Positions 1-9,616 of a stretch of DNA of 64,000 nucleotides are shown here, piece by piece. This DNA comes from a virus: the IMG/VR virus record IMGVR_UViG_3300048929_000179, positions 21,882 to 85,881 of that record. The stretch is one strand, 5' to 3'. The notes below the pieces were generated by a model. The model saw nothing but the letters and a program-made list of their open reading frames with translations. It was not told the DNA's origin and ran no database searches. The position numbers and the translations under genes were made by a program. How positions within the stretch are numbered: the stretch's first letter is position 1; each line of letters opens with the position of its first letter.

Positions 1-194
1 CTCCTTTCGCAATCAACCATGTCTCCAACACCAACATTTAAAGCTGCGCATAGCCTGCACAGTACATCAATTGATGGCATTCTTATGTTATTTTCTATTT
101 TACTCACTGTTGATTTATCCACACCCGCAAGTGTTGCAAGTGTCTCTATAGACATATGTCTTCGAAGCCTTAAACTGCGCAGATTAATTTTCAT
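1..194 (-). CDS. Xre/Cro-family HTH regulator (runs off window edge; not in ORF track)
   Basis: Manual translation from ATG 194: MKINLRSLRLRRHMSIETLATLAGVDKSTVSKIENNIRMPSIDVLCRLCAALNVGVGDMV, a classic HTH_3 pattern; purine-rich RBS upstream. Confidence 0.85.
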   Translation of the reverse strand, partial: MKINLRSLRLRRHMSIETLATLAGVDKSTVSKIENNIRMPSIDVLCRLCAALNVGVGDMVDCER

Positions 195-318
195 AGTATA
201 CACCATTTCCCTTGTTTATGGAAATAGTATTTACAATGAAGGGCTTTATATGCATATTATAGCATAAAACTAATGGAAATAAATAATTTTGTACTTATTT
301 GGTTGACTCAGAGTCAAC

Positions 319-552
319 CTATCCCTGAACGTCGACTTTTTCTTCCTGAGCGTCGTTTTTAGCTGTTTTTATACCATCAACAATGACTTTAACCCATTCA
401 CTTTCTGGAGTACTCTTCAATAATTGAGAAATTTTGGTAAGTAGCACCACATTTTCATTATCCTTAACTACGAGAATTAGTTCTGCAATCGTCTCTAAAA
501 TTAAAACTTCCGCACGTAATTTTCTGAATTTCAATTTAAAATATTCAAACAT
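319..552 (-). CDS. small hypothetical protein
   Basis: ORF track; GGAGG RBS; co-oriented with late genes. Confidence 0.7.
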   Translation of the reverse strand: MFEYFKLKFRKLRAEVLILETIAELILVVKDNENVVLLTKISQLLKSTPESEWVKVIVDGIKTAKNDAQEEKVDVQG

Positions 553-556
553 TCGA

Positions 557-958
557 TTACCTCCATGGTATCATTGGGAACATTGCCCCCAGTATGTAAA
601 ATATCAGACCTGCCGCTATAACTGAAATAATTTTTCCTGTAACTGTATCAAGAAACGCCTTTGCTTCATTCGCTGGGCGGTTTTTAACTTCATTTATTTC
701 TTCAGACATAATGCTTTGGTTTTTAGACAACGCATCTTGCCCTAATTTTACATCTTTAATTTGAGCTTTAACATCAATCAACTGGTTTCCCATGTTTTCA
801 ACTCCATTTGCTAGTTTAACCAGAGTTATCTGTATGTCTTTTACTTCTTTTACATCAGATTCCAAGTCATCAATTCTATGACCATTTGAATCGGCTTTAC
901 TCCCTATTTTTTCAACCTTTACTGATAATTCCGTAAAATCTTTATCTGTTATACTCAC
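557..958 (-). CDS. coiled-coil protein with C-terminal TM helix (XhlA/holin-like)
   Basis: Long heptad region then hydrophobic IISVIAAGLIFYILGAMF; GTG start; next to holin-like gene. Confidence 0.55.
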   Translation of the reverse strand: MSITDKDFTELSVKVEKIGSKADSNGHRIDDLESDVKEVKDIQITLVKLANGVENMGNQLIDVKAQIKDVKLGQDALSKNQSIMSEEINEVKNRPANEAKAFLDTVTGKIISVIAAGLIFYILGAMFPMIPWR

Positions 959-994
959 ATTTGCGTACCCCGTTTCTGTAGAATGGTATCTTAA

Positions 995-1378
995 TTACTT
1001 TTCGTTCTTTATATCAAATAGAGCAGTGCCGATAAGTGAGTCTAAGTAATCTTCAAAATCTCCATTTGCTTCTTTTAAACATCTATATGTAACAGTTGAT
1101 AATGCCTGAATTGCTTTTGTTTTAGCCAGTTCTTTAACTTCAGCTTGTTTTTCAAGAGTCCAATCATCAGTTGATTTAATGTCCTTTACTTCTGTTTCGT
1201 ATACGCACTTAACAGCTTTCTTTACTTCGTCGTATAAAATCATGCCATATTTATCGACTCTTTTTGCCTTTAACCACTGATAGGAGTAATTCAAAAGTGG
1301 AATACAAATTCCAGTCCATACAATTGGTAGTATTTCTTTGATTAATGCCACTATATTAATATTTAAAGTATCATTCAT
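995..1378 (-). CDS. putative holin (LL-H-like: N-terminal TM, soluble C-terminus)
   Basis: N-terminal hydrophobic segment, KKAVKCVYET motif, size about 127 aa. Confidence 0.55.
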   Translation of the reverse strand: MNDTLNINIVALIKEILPIVWTGICIPLLNYSYQWLKAKRVDKYGMILYDEVKKAVKCVYETEVKDIKSTDDWTLEKQAEVKELAKTKAIQALSTVTYRCLKEANGDFEDYLDSLIGTALFDIKNEK

Positions 1379-1569
1379 AATAATTTACCTCCCTGTTTAT
1401 CAACTGTAGTCTCACTGCGATTCTCTACATATTGCTTAATTTATGGAATATTTTGTCTCGATTCTGCCTTTATACCGTCTTGATCGTCTATTGCCTTGCT
1501 TTGTGTCGCTTGGCTCACAATTACGACTGCATACGAACTTAGCCACCATTGTCTTGGTGGGGCAGTGTG

Positions 1570-2082
1570 TTATGATTTCACATCAGTTAGGAACTTCTCA
1601 ATGTCATATCTGTAATTAACCCGCAGTTTTGCCTTATTGATTAATACTGGATTCCCATATCTCAACAAATCTGCTTCATTAAAACTTTTCTTGTCTATGT
1701 GTTCTATTATGTGCAGAAAATCTTCTATATATATGAAATATGTATTATCTGATTTGCGAAAGTCGAGAATGAAACCACTAACAACATTTTTGTATGTGGC
1801 GAATTTCCTCAAACTTTCAATCTGGTGAAAATGAATATCGCCCTTATCTTCTTTGGTTCGTTCAAATGAAAAACTTCCTGCGCTCGTTTTGAGTTCTATT
1901 GCATAAAAAGTGGAAGAGCAACCATTGAACATCATAAAATCACATGGACTATGTGCCGAGAATCGGAGAGCAGAAGATTGGTTGAATGATTGTGCTGCGT
2001 CAGGTGGTCTATGTACGAGTAGCCAGTCTGGGCAACTGTTCTGCCAGTTCTTTTCGAATACCTTTCCTATGTTTTGTGCTAT
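1570..2082 (-). CDS. recU: RecU-family Holliday junction resolvase (ATA start)
   Basis: GKVFE...SPCDF...IELK...HQIESL motifs; the ORF extends 49 codons upstream of the track ATG to ATA at 2082, 8-9 nt after AAGGAG. Confidence 0.8.
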   Translation of the reverse strand: MAQNIGKVFEKNWQNSCPDWLLVHRPPDAAQSFNQSSALRFSAHSPCDFMMFNGCSSTFYAIELKTSAGSFSFERTKEDKGDIHFHQIESLRKFATYKNVVSGFILDFRKSDNTYFIYIEDFLHIIEHIDKKSFNEADLLRYGNPVLINKAKLRVNYRYDIEKFLTDVKS

Positions 2083-2137
2083 GATTTATCGCTCCTTTTG
2101 CATAAAAATAAGCCGTAGTAGTGACTACGACTGTTTG

Positions 2138-3166
2138 TCAAATTTGAGTTTTACTTAATTTTGTATTCTTTGCTTTTATGTATCCAATATTCTTGTCGTG
2201 TAACGGATGGTATTCACAAATACCAATTATTGATCCTCTTTTTAGATATTTCAGAATTGTACTTCTGTTAATATCAAACACTTTTGAAATATCGGTAGTG
2301 GTGGAATCTGGATTGTTGTTTTTATAATCACACACAATCTTTACATTGCTAGAAATTGCTCTTTCGTCGCAAGTATTCCAGTCAATACAACTTAAATCAA
2401 ATTTGCGAGAAAGATTTGATTTTAAAATTGAGTTTTTAATGTAATTTGAATCAGAACATCTACAATCTAAAACTATGTACTTATCACCGAATATTCCATT
2501 TTTGAACGCTAACATTTCTTTGTTGATATCATTTATTCTTTCTTGATGATAGCTTTTGAAATTTCCTCGCTTACCGTATTCTTGATAATGTTGCATTCCA
2601 TGGACTTCAATTATTACATCTAAATCTTTAAGATAAAAGTCATATCTATAATTATTGCACCAATCAAATTGCCTTTTACCTAGTTGCGTCAAATAATTTA
2701 TATTTAATTGATTTAATAATTCGGATAAGTATTTTTCAGGATAACTTATTCCATCACTGCAATATTTACAACAAAACCCAAATCTACTTAGTTGTGCCGT
2801 AGAATACATCTTTTCTTTTCCACATTCTGGACATTTCATGAAATATTCTTTTTTACTTTTAGCTGTAGATATAAATGGATCATTTTTATTTACGAAATAT
2901 TTTACTAATTCTGGATTTGTTGTCTCCAAATCATTTATACCTTTAATTATGGTTTTACCATTACAGCAAGAACAACCCACTCCTTTTAATAGATGGTTCT
3001 CATAAATCCAACAATCGCTTGCTCCGCATTTGAAGCATTTGTACTTATATTTCTTCCACAGCCTACCGTTCTTATCTTCAAAGTATTCTCTATCAATTAT
3101 TTCAATGTTTCTTTTTTGATCAGAAAATTTTTCACCTATGTCATACTTAAAACCACTTGATTTCAT
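2138..3166 (-). CDS. free-standing zinc-ribbon + PD-(D/E)XK/Vsr-like endonuclease (probable homing endonuclease)
   Basis: Several CxxC pairs, GINDLETTNPEL zinc-ribbon motif, RYDFY...IIEVHGMQH nuclease motif, C-terminal HTH. Confidence 0.75.
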   Translation of the reverse strand: MKSSGFKYDIGEKFSDQKRNIEIIDREYFEDKNGRLWKKYKYKCFKCGASDCWIYENHLLKGVGCSCCNGKTIIKGINDLETTNPELVKYFVNKNDPFISTAKSKKEYFMKCPECGKEKMYSTAQLSRFGFCCKYCSDGISYPEKYLSELLNQLNINYLTQLGKRQFDWCNNYRYDFYLKDLDVIIEVHGMQHYQEYGKRGNFKSYHQERINDINKEMLAFKNGIFGDKYIVLDCRCSDSNYIKNSILKSNLSRKFDLSCIDWNTCDERAISSNVKIVCDYKNNNPDSTTTDISKVFDINRSTILKYLKRGSIIGICEYHPLHDKNIGYIKAKNTKLSKTQI

Positions 3167-3242
3167 CCATGTCCTCCATTTATTGAAATTTTAATAGATG
3201 ACAAATCAATCACTATGTTTTCAATCAAATACTTTGTCATGA

Positions 3243-3482
3243 CTATTTAATTGGTCTATTTCTAAACCATTCACCATATGCCTTTTTGGTTTCACCTTTG
3301 TGAAAATAGCAAACTATACGACCTTTATTTTCTGAACTTTCATCTATCCATTTCGGTTGCAGTTTATATTTCGATGTATAAAAAATAATCTGCGCAATAT
3401 TAGTCACAGGTATAATATTTTCTTCGCCATAACACTCAAATACCTCTTTTAAATTTTCAAATATCTTGATTAGTATCACCAC
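3243..3482 (-). CDS. small hypothetical late protein
   Basis: ORF track; probable start ATC 3470 after AAGGTGGTGA. Confidence 0.65.
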   Translation of the reverse strand: MVILIKIFENLKEVFECYGEENIIPVTNIAQIIFYTSKYKLQPKWIDESSENKGRIVCYFHKGETKKAYGEWFRNRPIK

Positions 3483-3496
3483 CTTTTTATCGTAAA

Positions 3497-3543
3497 AAAT
3501 AGGGAATAAACATCATCGTAATAGTATGAGTGTTTATTCCCTT
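3497..3543 (-). terminator. intrinsic terminator
   Basis: AGGGAATAAACA...TGTTTATTCCCT inverted repeat with T-run on the minus strand. Confidence 0.7.
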
Positions 3544-3574
3544 CTCCACACAAACTACAATACGATTATTTTTA

Positions 3575-3811
3575 TTATTCTGAAACTTCTTCGACAACAT
3601 CTTTAATTACTTCTTTCTTTTCCTGTTTCTTAGCTTTTGTCAATGCTTTGTCATAGTCTTCTTTTGACACAATTGAATATCTTCCATCATCTATATCTAC
3701 ATATACAGAATCATTTACGATTTCCATATATGGAAACTGAATAGGAGTCCCATCACAATCAGCCACGATACAAACGCTATTGTGTAATATAATTTTGCAT
3801 TCTTTAATCAT
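3575..3811 (-). CDS. hypothetical tail-region protein
   Basis: ORF track; AAGGAG RBS. Confidence 0.65.
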   Translation of the reverse strand: MIKECKIILHNSVCIVADCDGTPIQFPYMEIVNDSVYVDIDDGRYSIVSKEDYDKALTKAKKQEKKEVIKDVVEEVSE

Positions 3812-3861
3812 CAGATACTCCTTTGACAGAGTGGGTTGTTAGCCCACCCCCGAGAATAGTT

Positions 3862-4590
3862 TTATTCCTCAATTTCTACCATATCAACGAAGTTTCCATC
3901 TTTGTCCTCAAGTAATTCAAATGAAAGAGTAATTGTCGCAGGATCTCCTTCACTGGACTGAGAAAGCTCAAAGTTTCTCTGTGGTTTAGCTTTGTAAAGA
4001 ATAATCTTATATGGTGTAAGATTTTCATCTTCATCTTTTTCAACAGTATCCATAGTAATGTAGTATGCTTTTGGCATTTTAGCGTTGTTGAAAGAGATAC
4101 GTTTAACTCCAGAACTCTTAGACACCATATAGCCAACTTCGTAAGAAGTACCTATAGCAATGTCGGAAGTGGTAGTTGCTGTAAATTTGTTTGTAGCAAA
4201 TGTTCCAGTAATTCCAGTATTTCCCCATTCTCCAACCGCAAATACAAACACCGTACCAGCAACTGCACCAGCTGGAATTGAGAGTTCTCCTGCAACAGTA
4301 CAGGCAATTGTTGCTTTTACTGGATAAACAGCAGTAGACTCAACCGTTCCATCAGTCATTAATGAAAATAACTGAAATGGATAAACCATGGCTTCCAGAG
4401 TTGCCGTTCCGGTCATAGGGTTATCAAATGCAATTTTTCTTGCTCCCTTTGCCATCGCATACACAGAATCACCTGTAATATTCTGAGTGGTGGTATTAGC
4501 TGTTTCGAAAAACATTACCGGAGCCTTTGTGTCGAGTGCTCTGATATCGACATCACAAACCTGCCGATTAGCTTTATTAATGTTAGGCAT
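3862..4590 (-). CDS. probable major tail (tube) protein
   Basis: Position after head-tail genes; T/A/G-rich beta-type sequence; C-terminal FELSQSSEGDPATITLSFELL typical of tail tube proteins. Confidence 0.6.
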   Translation of the reverse strand: MPNINKANRQVCDVDIRALDTKAPVMFFETANTTTQNITGDSVYAMAKGARKIAFDNPMTGTATLEAMVYPFQLFSLMTDGTVESTAVYPVKATIACTVAGELSIPAGAVAGTVFVFAVGEWGNTGITGTFATNKFTATTTSDIAIGTSYEVGYMVSKSSGVKRISFNNAKMPKAYYITMDTVEKDEDENLTPYKIILYKAKPQRNFELSQSSEGDPATITLSFELLEDKDGNFVDMVEIEE

Positions 4591-4649
4591 AATAAAATTC
4601 CTCCTTAAATTTTTGTAAAATAAAAGCCCATCATTTCTGATAGACTGAG

Positions 4650-5456
4650 TTACCGCTTTATGTAGTCAAACCATTGACCTGCGTTGAATTTGTCGTCTTT
4701 TGCACCAAATGCTATGGCTGTTGATTTTATATCAAAAACTGTATTTGATTGCATTCTTTCAAATAAATCGTACACCTGATATATAGTCAAATCCCATATG
4801 TTCAACATGTTAACGCTGTTGTGATATGCAGAAATGGAAGATACTATATTAGGAAGTTCAAGTCGTTCATCTGTTTTTTTACTAACAGTTTTTGCTTTGT
4901 TAAGTTTCTCTAATATTTCAAGAGCCTTTTTGTTTTTGACTTTGGTTTTGTCTTCCTGTAAAATATCTTTATGTATCCAATTCATTTGAAGTATGATGTC
5001 AATTACGTCGGGATAAGATTGACTATTTATTGCACCAATTACTTCGTCGCCGTCATATATCAAGAATGCTCTATCGTCGATTGAATATGAAATCTTCTCA
5101 CAAATAAAAAAAGAGAGTGCTTCCTGCAACTCTTCAATCATTTTTTTATCGAAATTAAATACATCTAAAGTTCCAACATTTACTCTTTCTTCATGTGTAA
5201 TCGATTCATATTCTTTCTTGATTTTAAGTATTTGTTTTTTTTCTTCTTCTGTATACTTTGAAAAATAATCAAATTCCTCGTTTTCAACGACTCTATAATA
5301 AGACTTTATATCAGTTAGAATAATAGAGAGAAACCCGTTGTATGTGTTAAATTTAGCTCTTAAATTTGATATTTCTCTAAGAGTTGGACTTTTAATTGAA
5401 CATATGTTTAATTTCAATGGTGTTGGGCTTATAAGTGTCCCATAATCTAATTTCAA
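4650..5456 (-). CDS. hypothetical virion-assembly protein
   Basis: ORF track; position in head-tail block. Confidence 0.6.
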   Translation of the reverse strand: MKLDYGTLISPTPLKLNICSIKSPTLREISNLRAKFNTYNGFLSIILTDIKSYYRVVENEEFDYFSKYTEEEKKQILKIKKEYESITHEERVNVGTLDVFNFDKKMIEELQEALSFFICEKISYSIDDRAFLIYDGDEVIGAINSQSYPDVIDIILQMNWIHKDILQEDKTKVKNKKALEILEKLNKAKTVSKKTDERLELPNIVSSISAYHNSVNMLNIWDLTIYQVYDLFERMQSNTVFDIKSTAIAFGAKDDKFNAGQWFDYIKR

Positions 5457-5464
5457 CTAAGCAC

Positions 5465-5941
5465 CTACCTTCTAACGAAATCTGGATTTTTATATACCAG
5501 TTTTCTACCATAAAAATTTTCACCTAGAGAAATTGCACGCGAAGAGTCCAATTTTAATTTACCGATTCCAAGTTTTTCTGAACCGCTAATGCATCTTTCT
5601 GCCATATCAGCCAGAATATCAGCCCTGTCACCCATGAAATCAGTCTTTTTATAATCCATTATCCTTTTATGACAATATGCAAAAACTGTTATCTCTATAT
5701 TTTTTAGGTTATCATCAAGAACTTTTGGGATATCAATATCAAAACATAGATACGACTTTTCTTCCGTCTGAGTTCCTTCTATATAGAGATATGGAAATAT
5801 GTTATGATACATTAATTGTTCATTTGCAATTTCCTCGTTATATGTATTGCCAAGCATCAATTCTCCAATATCAGAAGATGTCGTGAACGCGTTGGCAATT
5901 CTGCTTTTATACAAGCCAATATCTTTTAGCTTCACTTGCAA
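5465..5941 (-). CDS. putative tail terminator/completion protein
   Basis: Size and position (inference). Confidence 0.45.
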   Translation of the reverse strand: MQVKLKDIGLYKSRIANAFTTSSDIGELMLGNTYNEEIANEQLMYHNIFPYLYIEGTQTEEKSYLCFDIDIPKVLDDNLKNIEITVFAYCHKRIMDYKKTDFMGDRADILADMAERCISGSEKLGIGKLKLDSSRAISLGENFYGRKLVYKNPDFVRR

Positions 5942-5951
5942 TCCTCCTCAA

Positions 5952-7007
5952 TTAATATATGCTTTTTAATGATACAGATAATGTGGTTTCAATAGTTTCT
6001 GAATCGTGAGTTCCAGTAGCCTTTAACGTAAACGTAGTATTAATCAGTTTGTCATTCTCTGCACATTTTATCTTCACTGAATTTACAGTGGGAGTGAGTA
6101 ATAGTTCGTTTATCGGACTACCGACAATACTCCATATTGTACTGTAATTACTACTAACGTCATTACCATTGGCATCTTTATAGGTGGCAGTAAATGTCTT
6201 AGCATTTCCGCCAACAATTATACTCGCGTCGCCCTTATATGTAATTGTACATAAAATGCCCGATTGACTCGGTTCTCCTGGATCGGGTGGAGTAGTAGGA
6301 GAGATGTAGTCACAGAGCCTTAACTCCTGATTATCTGTGTCTTTGTTGAATGAGTTTTTATCAGCTATGAGATTTAATATACCTCCACCATCACCGTGTT
6401 CATAATCACTCAAGATGTCATCATTTCTAGTTATCTTAAATATCTTCGTAGGATTAATTTTACGCTTGTCAATAAATACTCTTTTTTCTTCAAGATTCAT
6501 AGACTCATCATCATTTGGAATCATAATGGCAAAAGTATTTGAAGATACAACAATCGTTTTGTTTCCATCTTCTCCAACATCATATTTACTTGCACTAACA
6601 GCATGAATCCAGCGTTCAACTATTGTTCCGCTAGCATTTTGCCACTTCAATAAATATTGACACAATGAAACCAACGCCTTTGAGCACATTTTATCATTGT
6701 CAACAAACCCAGTTACAAGCCAATACATATTACGGTACTTAATATACATACCCGCTTTTAGAGTGCCGATATTTACATAAACTTCTCGTTCGTGTGACTT
6801 CAGATCGGTATTTGCCTCTTTGCCATGGATAATAGCTTTTATAATTGATGATACCGACAAGTCGTAATTAAAAATTTCAATTTCTTCCGCTATTGGAGAA
6901 TCTAAAAGTTCATTAAATCCTTCTTGAGCAAAATTTTCAAAATCATCATTTTCAAATCCACTATATCTATTAGGTGGATTATTCATTAAATACCATTCTA
7001 CAGCCAT
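5952..7007 (-). CDS. putative head-closure protein with C-terminal Ig-like domain
   Basis: Position; Pro-rich linker PTTPPDPGEP followed by beta-rich Ig-like segment. Confidence 0.5.
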   Translation of the reverse strand: MAVEWYLMNNPPNRYSGFENDDFENFAQEGFNELLDSPIAEEIEIFNYDLSVSSIIKAIIHGKEANTDLKSHEREVYVNIGTLKAGMYIKYRNMYWLVTGFVDNDKMCSKALVSLCQYLLKWQNASGTIVERWIHAVSASKYDVGEDGNKTIVVSSNTFAIMIPNDDESMNLEEKRVFIDKRKINPTKIFKITRNDDILSDYEHGDGGGILNLIADKNSFNKDTDNQELRLCDYISPTTPPDPGEPSQSGILCTITYKGDASIIVGGNAKTFTATYKDANGNDVSSNYSTIWSIVGSPINELLLTPTVNSVKIKCAENDKLINTTFTLKATGTHDSETIETTLSVSLKSIY

Positions 7008-7017
7008 AATTCACCAC

Positions 7018-7410
7018 CTAATCATTGCAGTTCTTTTTCTGTTTATGTAACATTTCATCGACTCTTTTTAATTCTAACTCTAAATCTTTGTATGTAATTC
7101 TTTTAGACTCGTCATTACCAGTAATGCTAATTCCTTTACTTGAAATCCCTTGTAATTTTTCAACACGGCTCAATTCTCTAGTCAAGTAAAATGTGTACAT
7201 TATCAATCCAAGAGTCTTAACTTGGTATTGTTTTAATCTTGTGACAAATTTTTGATCCACTTCGTCAAATTCCAATGCTTCAATTTCCAATTCATAAATA
7301 CCAAGAGCGTCTATAAACCACTGATATACTAATTCATCTGCAAGAATATATTTAGACATTGGGTTGGAATGAAACGAAGATAATACATCTTGATAGGTTG
7401 TATTTTCCAT
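7018..7410 (-). CDS. putative head-tail connector/adaptor
   Basis: Small helical protein two genes after capsid; ATG 7410 after AGGAGG. Confidence 0.45.
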   Translation of the reverse strand: MENTTYQDVLSSFHSNPMSKYILADELVYQWFIDALGIYELEIEALEFDEVDQKFVTRLKQYQVKTLGLIMYTFYLTRELSRVEKLQGISSKGISITGNDESKRITYKDLELELKRVDEMLHKQKKNCND

Positions 7411-7428
7411 ACGCAACCCCTCCTTATA

Positions 7429-7914
7429 TTAATCGAATTTATATCCTGAAATCTTTTCAATTGCAGCGATTTTATATGCCTCAACATCATCGATTCCAAC
7501 TTCTTTTGCAATCGGAACAATAGTTTTCTTTTCAGCTTCTGTAGTAACCAACTTCTCAAGCTGTTTCTGGAATTCTACCTTAGGAGATGTGCTCAATAAT
7601 ACAGCTACACTTTCCTTTGTAAGTAATGTTGAAGCGGGTGCTTCGTCTTCTTCATAACCGTCACCAAATACAAATGATACAACAGATCTATCATTAATTC
7701 TAATATCCGCATTGTTGCCAAACCCATCTTTACCAACAAAAAATAGATTTCCCATTTTTACCTGTCCATCAATCTCTGCTACGGTAAGTTGTTTATAGCC
7801 CTTTACGTTTGCAGGAATTGTAATATCTTTATTTGATTCAGTTGCTCTGAAATCAAGATTCCAACTCCTTAAATTATCAATACTAACTCTATCAGTTAAT
7901 TTAACCTGAGCCAT
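7429..7914 (-). CDS. hypothetical head-associated protein
   Basis: ORF track; follows major capsid gene. Confidence 0.6.
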   Translation of the reverse strand: MAQVKLTDRVSIDNLRSWNLDFRATESNKDITIPANVKGYKQLTVAEIDGQVKMGNLFFVGKDGFGNNADIRINDRSVVSFVFGDGYEEDEAPASTLLTKESVAVLLSTSPKVEFQKQLEKLVTTEAEKKTIVPIAKEVGIDDVEAYKIAAIEKISGYKFD

Positions 7915-7984
7915 TTAATCCTCTCCTTTGAAATGCTTATTTTTATGAAAAGGAGAGGCAAATGCCCCTCCTATAGTAAATAAA

Positions 7985-9079
7985 TTAAACTACCTTCTTA
8001 GCAATCATACCGATCTCAAATTCTCTACCTTTAACAACGTCTGCTCCAACTTCAATATCGAAGCGTGTCTTAACAATGCCAGTTTCAACATCGTTTCCAC
8101 TCATAGTCATGATTCCACCACGCCTAAAAATATTGAGTGGAGATGTGTTGCCCTGTGCTGTGAAATACAGTTTATCGGAATCATAATATGTTTCGAAAGA
8201 AGTTTTATCGGCCAATGGTTTTGTAAAGTTATATGGATTTTCAAGTTCGATAAGAGAAGATCCCTTATAGAAACCATTTAATCCTGCTTTAGCGATTTCA
8301 TTTACCTGTTCTGGTGTATAAAATGGTACACTGGCATCTCCAATTGTTTTATACCCATTCCAATCACAGATGGTAGAAAGAACAGAGAAGTCTCCTGCGA
8401 TACCTACTTTTCCCATTTTTCTCATGTTGGTAATCATTGCATTTACACCAGTCTGAGTAGGAATTGTATCATATTCAGAATAGAATTTTACATATTTAGT
8501 ATTTTCCTTAATGGCTTTGGCAAGTACGTTTAACACATAAGCAATAGCCTTGTTGTTCATGTCAATCTGAACCTGTGCGGTTTCCTCAGCGATGGTTCCG
8601 CCAAAATTACCGCTAGCCAGCTCTCTATAATCAATAGCCATACCGCCAGAAATTGTTTTGGTAGTAACTGGATATTCAATCCAATTCTTTCCCGCAAAAC
8701 TTACATCAGAACCAGAAGCTTGGATTCTAGTATCAAGACCTTCATAATTATAGGTCTTTACCATAGGCTGCTGATCATAACCGATTTCCTTATAGTTTCC
8801 TAAAAATGAGAACACTTTCATAGATTCAAGTAATTTAGGCTGAATCATAAACTTTACATATGAGTTGATCTCAGCTCTAGCTCTCCAATCACCATTATCT
8901 GCTCTATTGCCAAGATCTTTAAGTCTTGTTACTACAGAATCAACTTCTTTACCGTATTTTGCTAAATCATCTCCATGGAAAAGAGCAGAACAAATCTCTA
9001 CCACTCTATATAACTTCTTCTGGTCTTTAACCTGAATGTCGTCTTTTCTTGCATTGTTTAATTCAAAAGATGTATTCAT
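7985..9079 (-). CDS. major capsid protein (SPbeta YonB-like by position)
   Basis: 364 aa from ATG 9079 (AGGAGG RBS); after scaffold and decoration genes; HK97-like length. Confidence 0.7.
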   Translation of the reverse strand: MNTSFELNNARKDDIQVKDQKKLYRVVEICSALFHGDDLAKYGKEVDSVVTRLKDLGNRADNGDWRARAEINSYVKFMIQPKLLESMKVFSFLGNYKEIGYDQQPMVKTYNYEGLDTRIQASGSDVSFAGKNWIEYPVTTKTISGGMAIDYRELASGNFGGTIAEETAQVQIDMNNKAIAYVLNVLAKAIKENTKYVKFYSEYDTIPTQTGVNAMITNMRKMGKVGIAGDFSVLSTICDWNGYKTIGDASVPFYTPEQVNEIAKAGLNGFYKGSSLIELENPYNFTKPLADKTSFETYYDSDKLYFTAQGNTSPLNIFRRGGIMTMSGNDVETGIVKTRFDIEVGADVVKGREFEIGMIAKKVV

Positions 9080-9157
9080 TAAAAATTTCCTCCTTATTTT
9101 TGCGCATAAAAAAGACACCCCATCAAGGATGTTCTTATGCTAATTGATATTTTTTAT

Positions 9158-9616
9158 TTAAGCTACTACAACCTTTACCGCTAAACCTGCGCCACCAAAA
9201 ACTGTCTTCTCAGTAACTTCAAAATATGTAGCATATCCTGTCACATCTGCGGTTTTAACTAATTTCCCGTCTGTTCCAAATGTTAATTTATCTGCAACCG
9301 CAACATCTGCATAAGCAGTAGTAACAGCGTCCATATCCATGTCAATAATACGTCCACCTAAAGATTTTACTCTGAATAATCTTGGATTTTCACCAATTTC
9401 AATCTTGTAATCGTTTGGCTGATGTGTTTCCGGTTTATCAATTCTGTTTAATACAATCCAAACATCTCCTTTAGTTGTAGTAGTTGTTGGAAGGGCGGCA
9501 ACCTTAGTTGTTTCATTCACAGTGACTCCATAACCATTCTTTAAAACAGAAGCACAAGTACAGTATCCATTATTGTGGCTATTTTTATAAGTGCCCAATT
9601 CTCTAAACTTAATCAT
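9158..9616 (-). CDS. capsid decoration/cement-like protein
   Basis: 152 aa, T/V/G-rich, immediately upstream of capsid gene. Confidence 0.55.
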   Translation of the reverse strand: MIKFRELGTYKNSHNNGYCTCASVLKNGYGVTVNETTKVAALPTTTTTKGDVWIVLNRIDKPETHQPNDYKIEIGENPRLFRVKSLGGRIIDMDMDAVTTAYADVAVADKLTFGTDGKLVKTADVTGYATYFEVTEKTVFGGAGLAVKVVVA

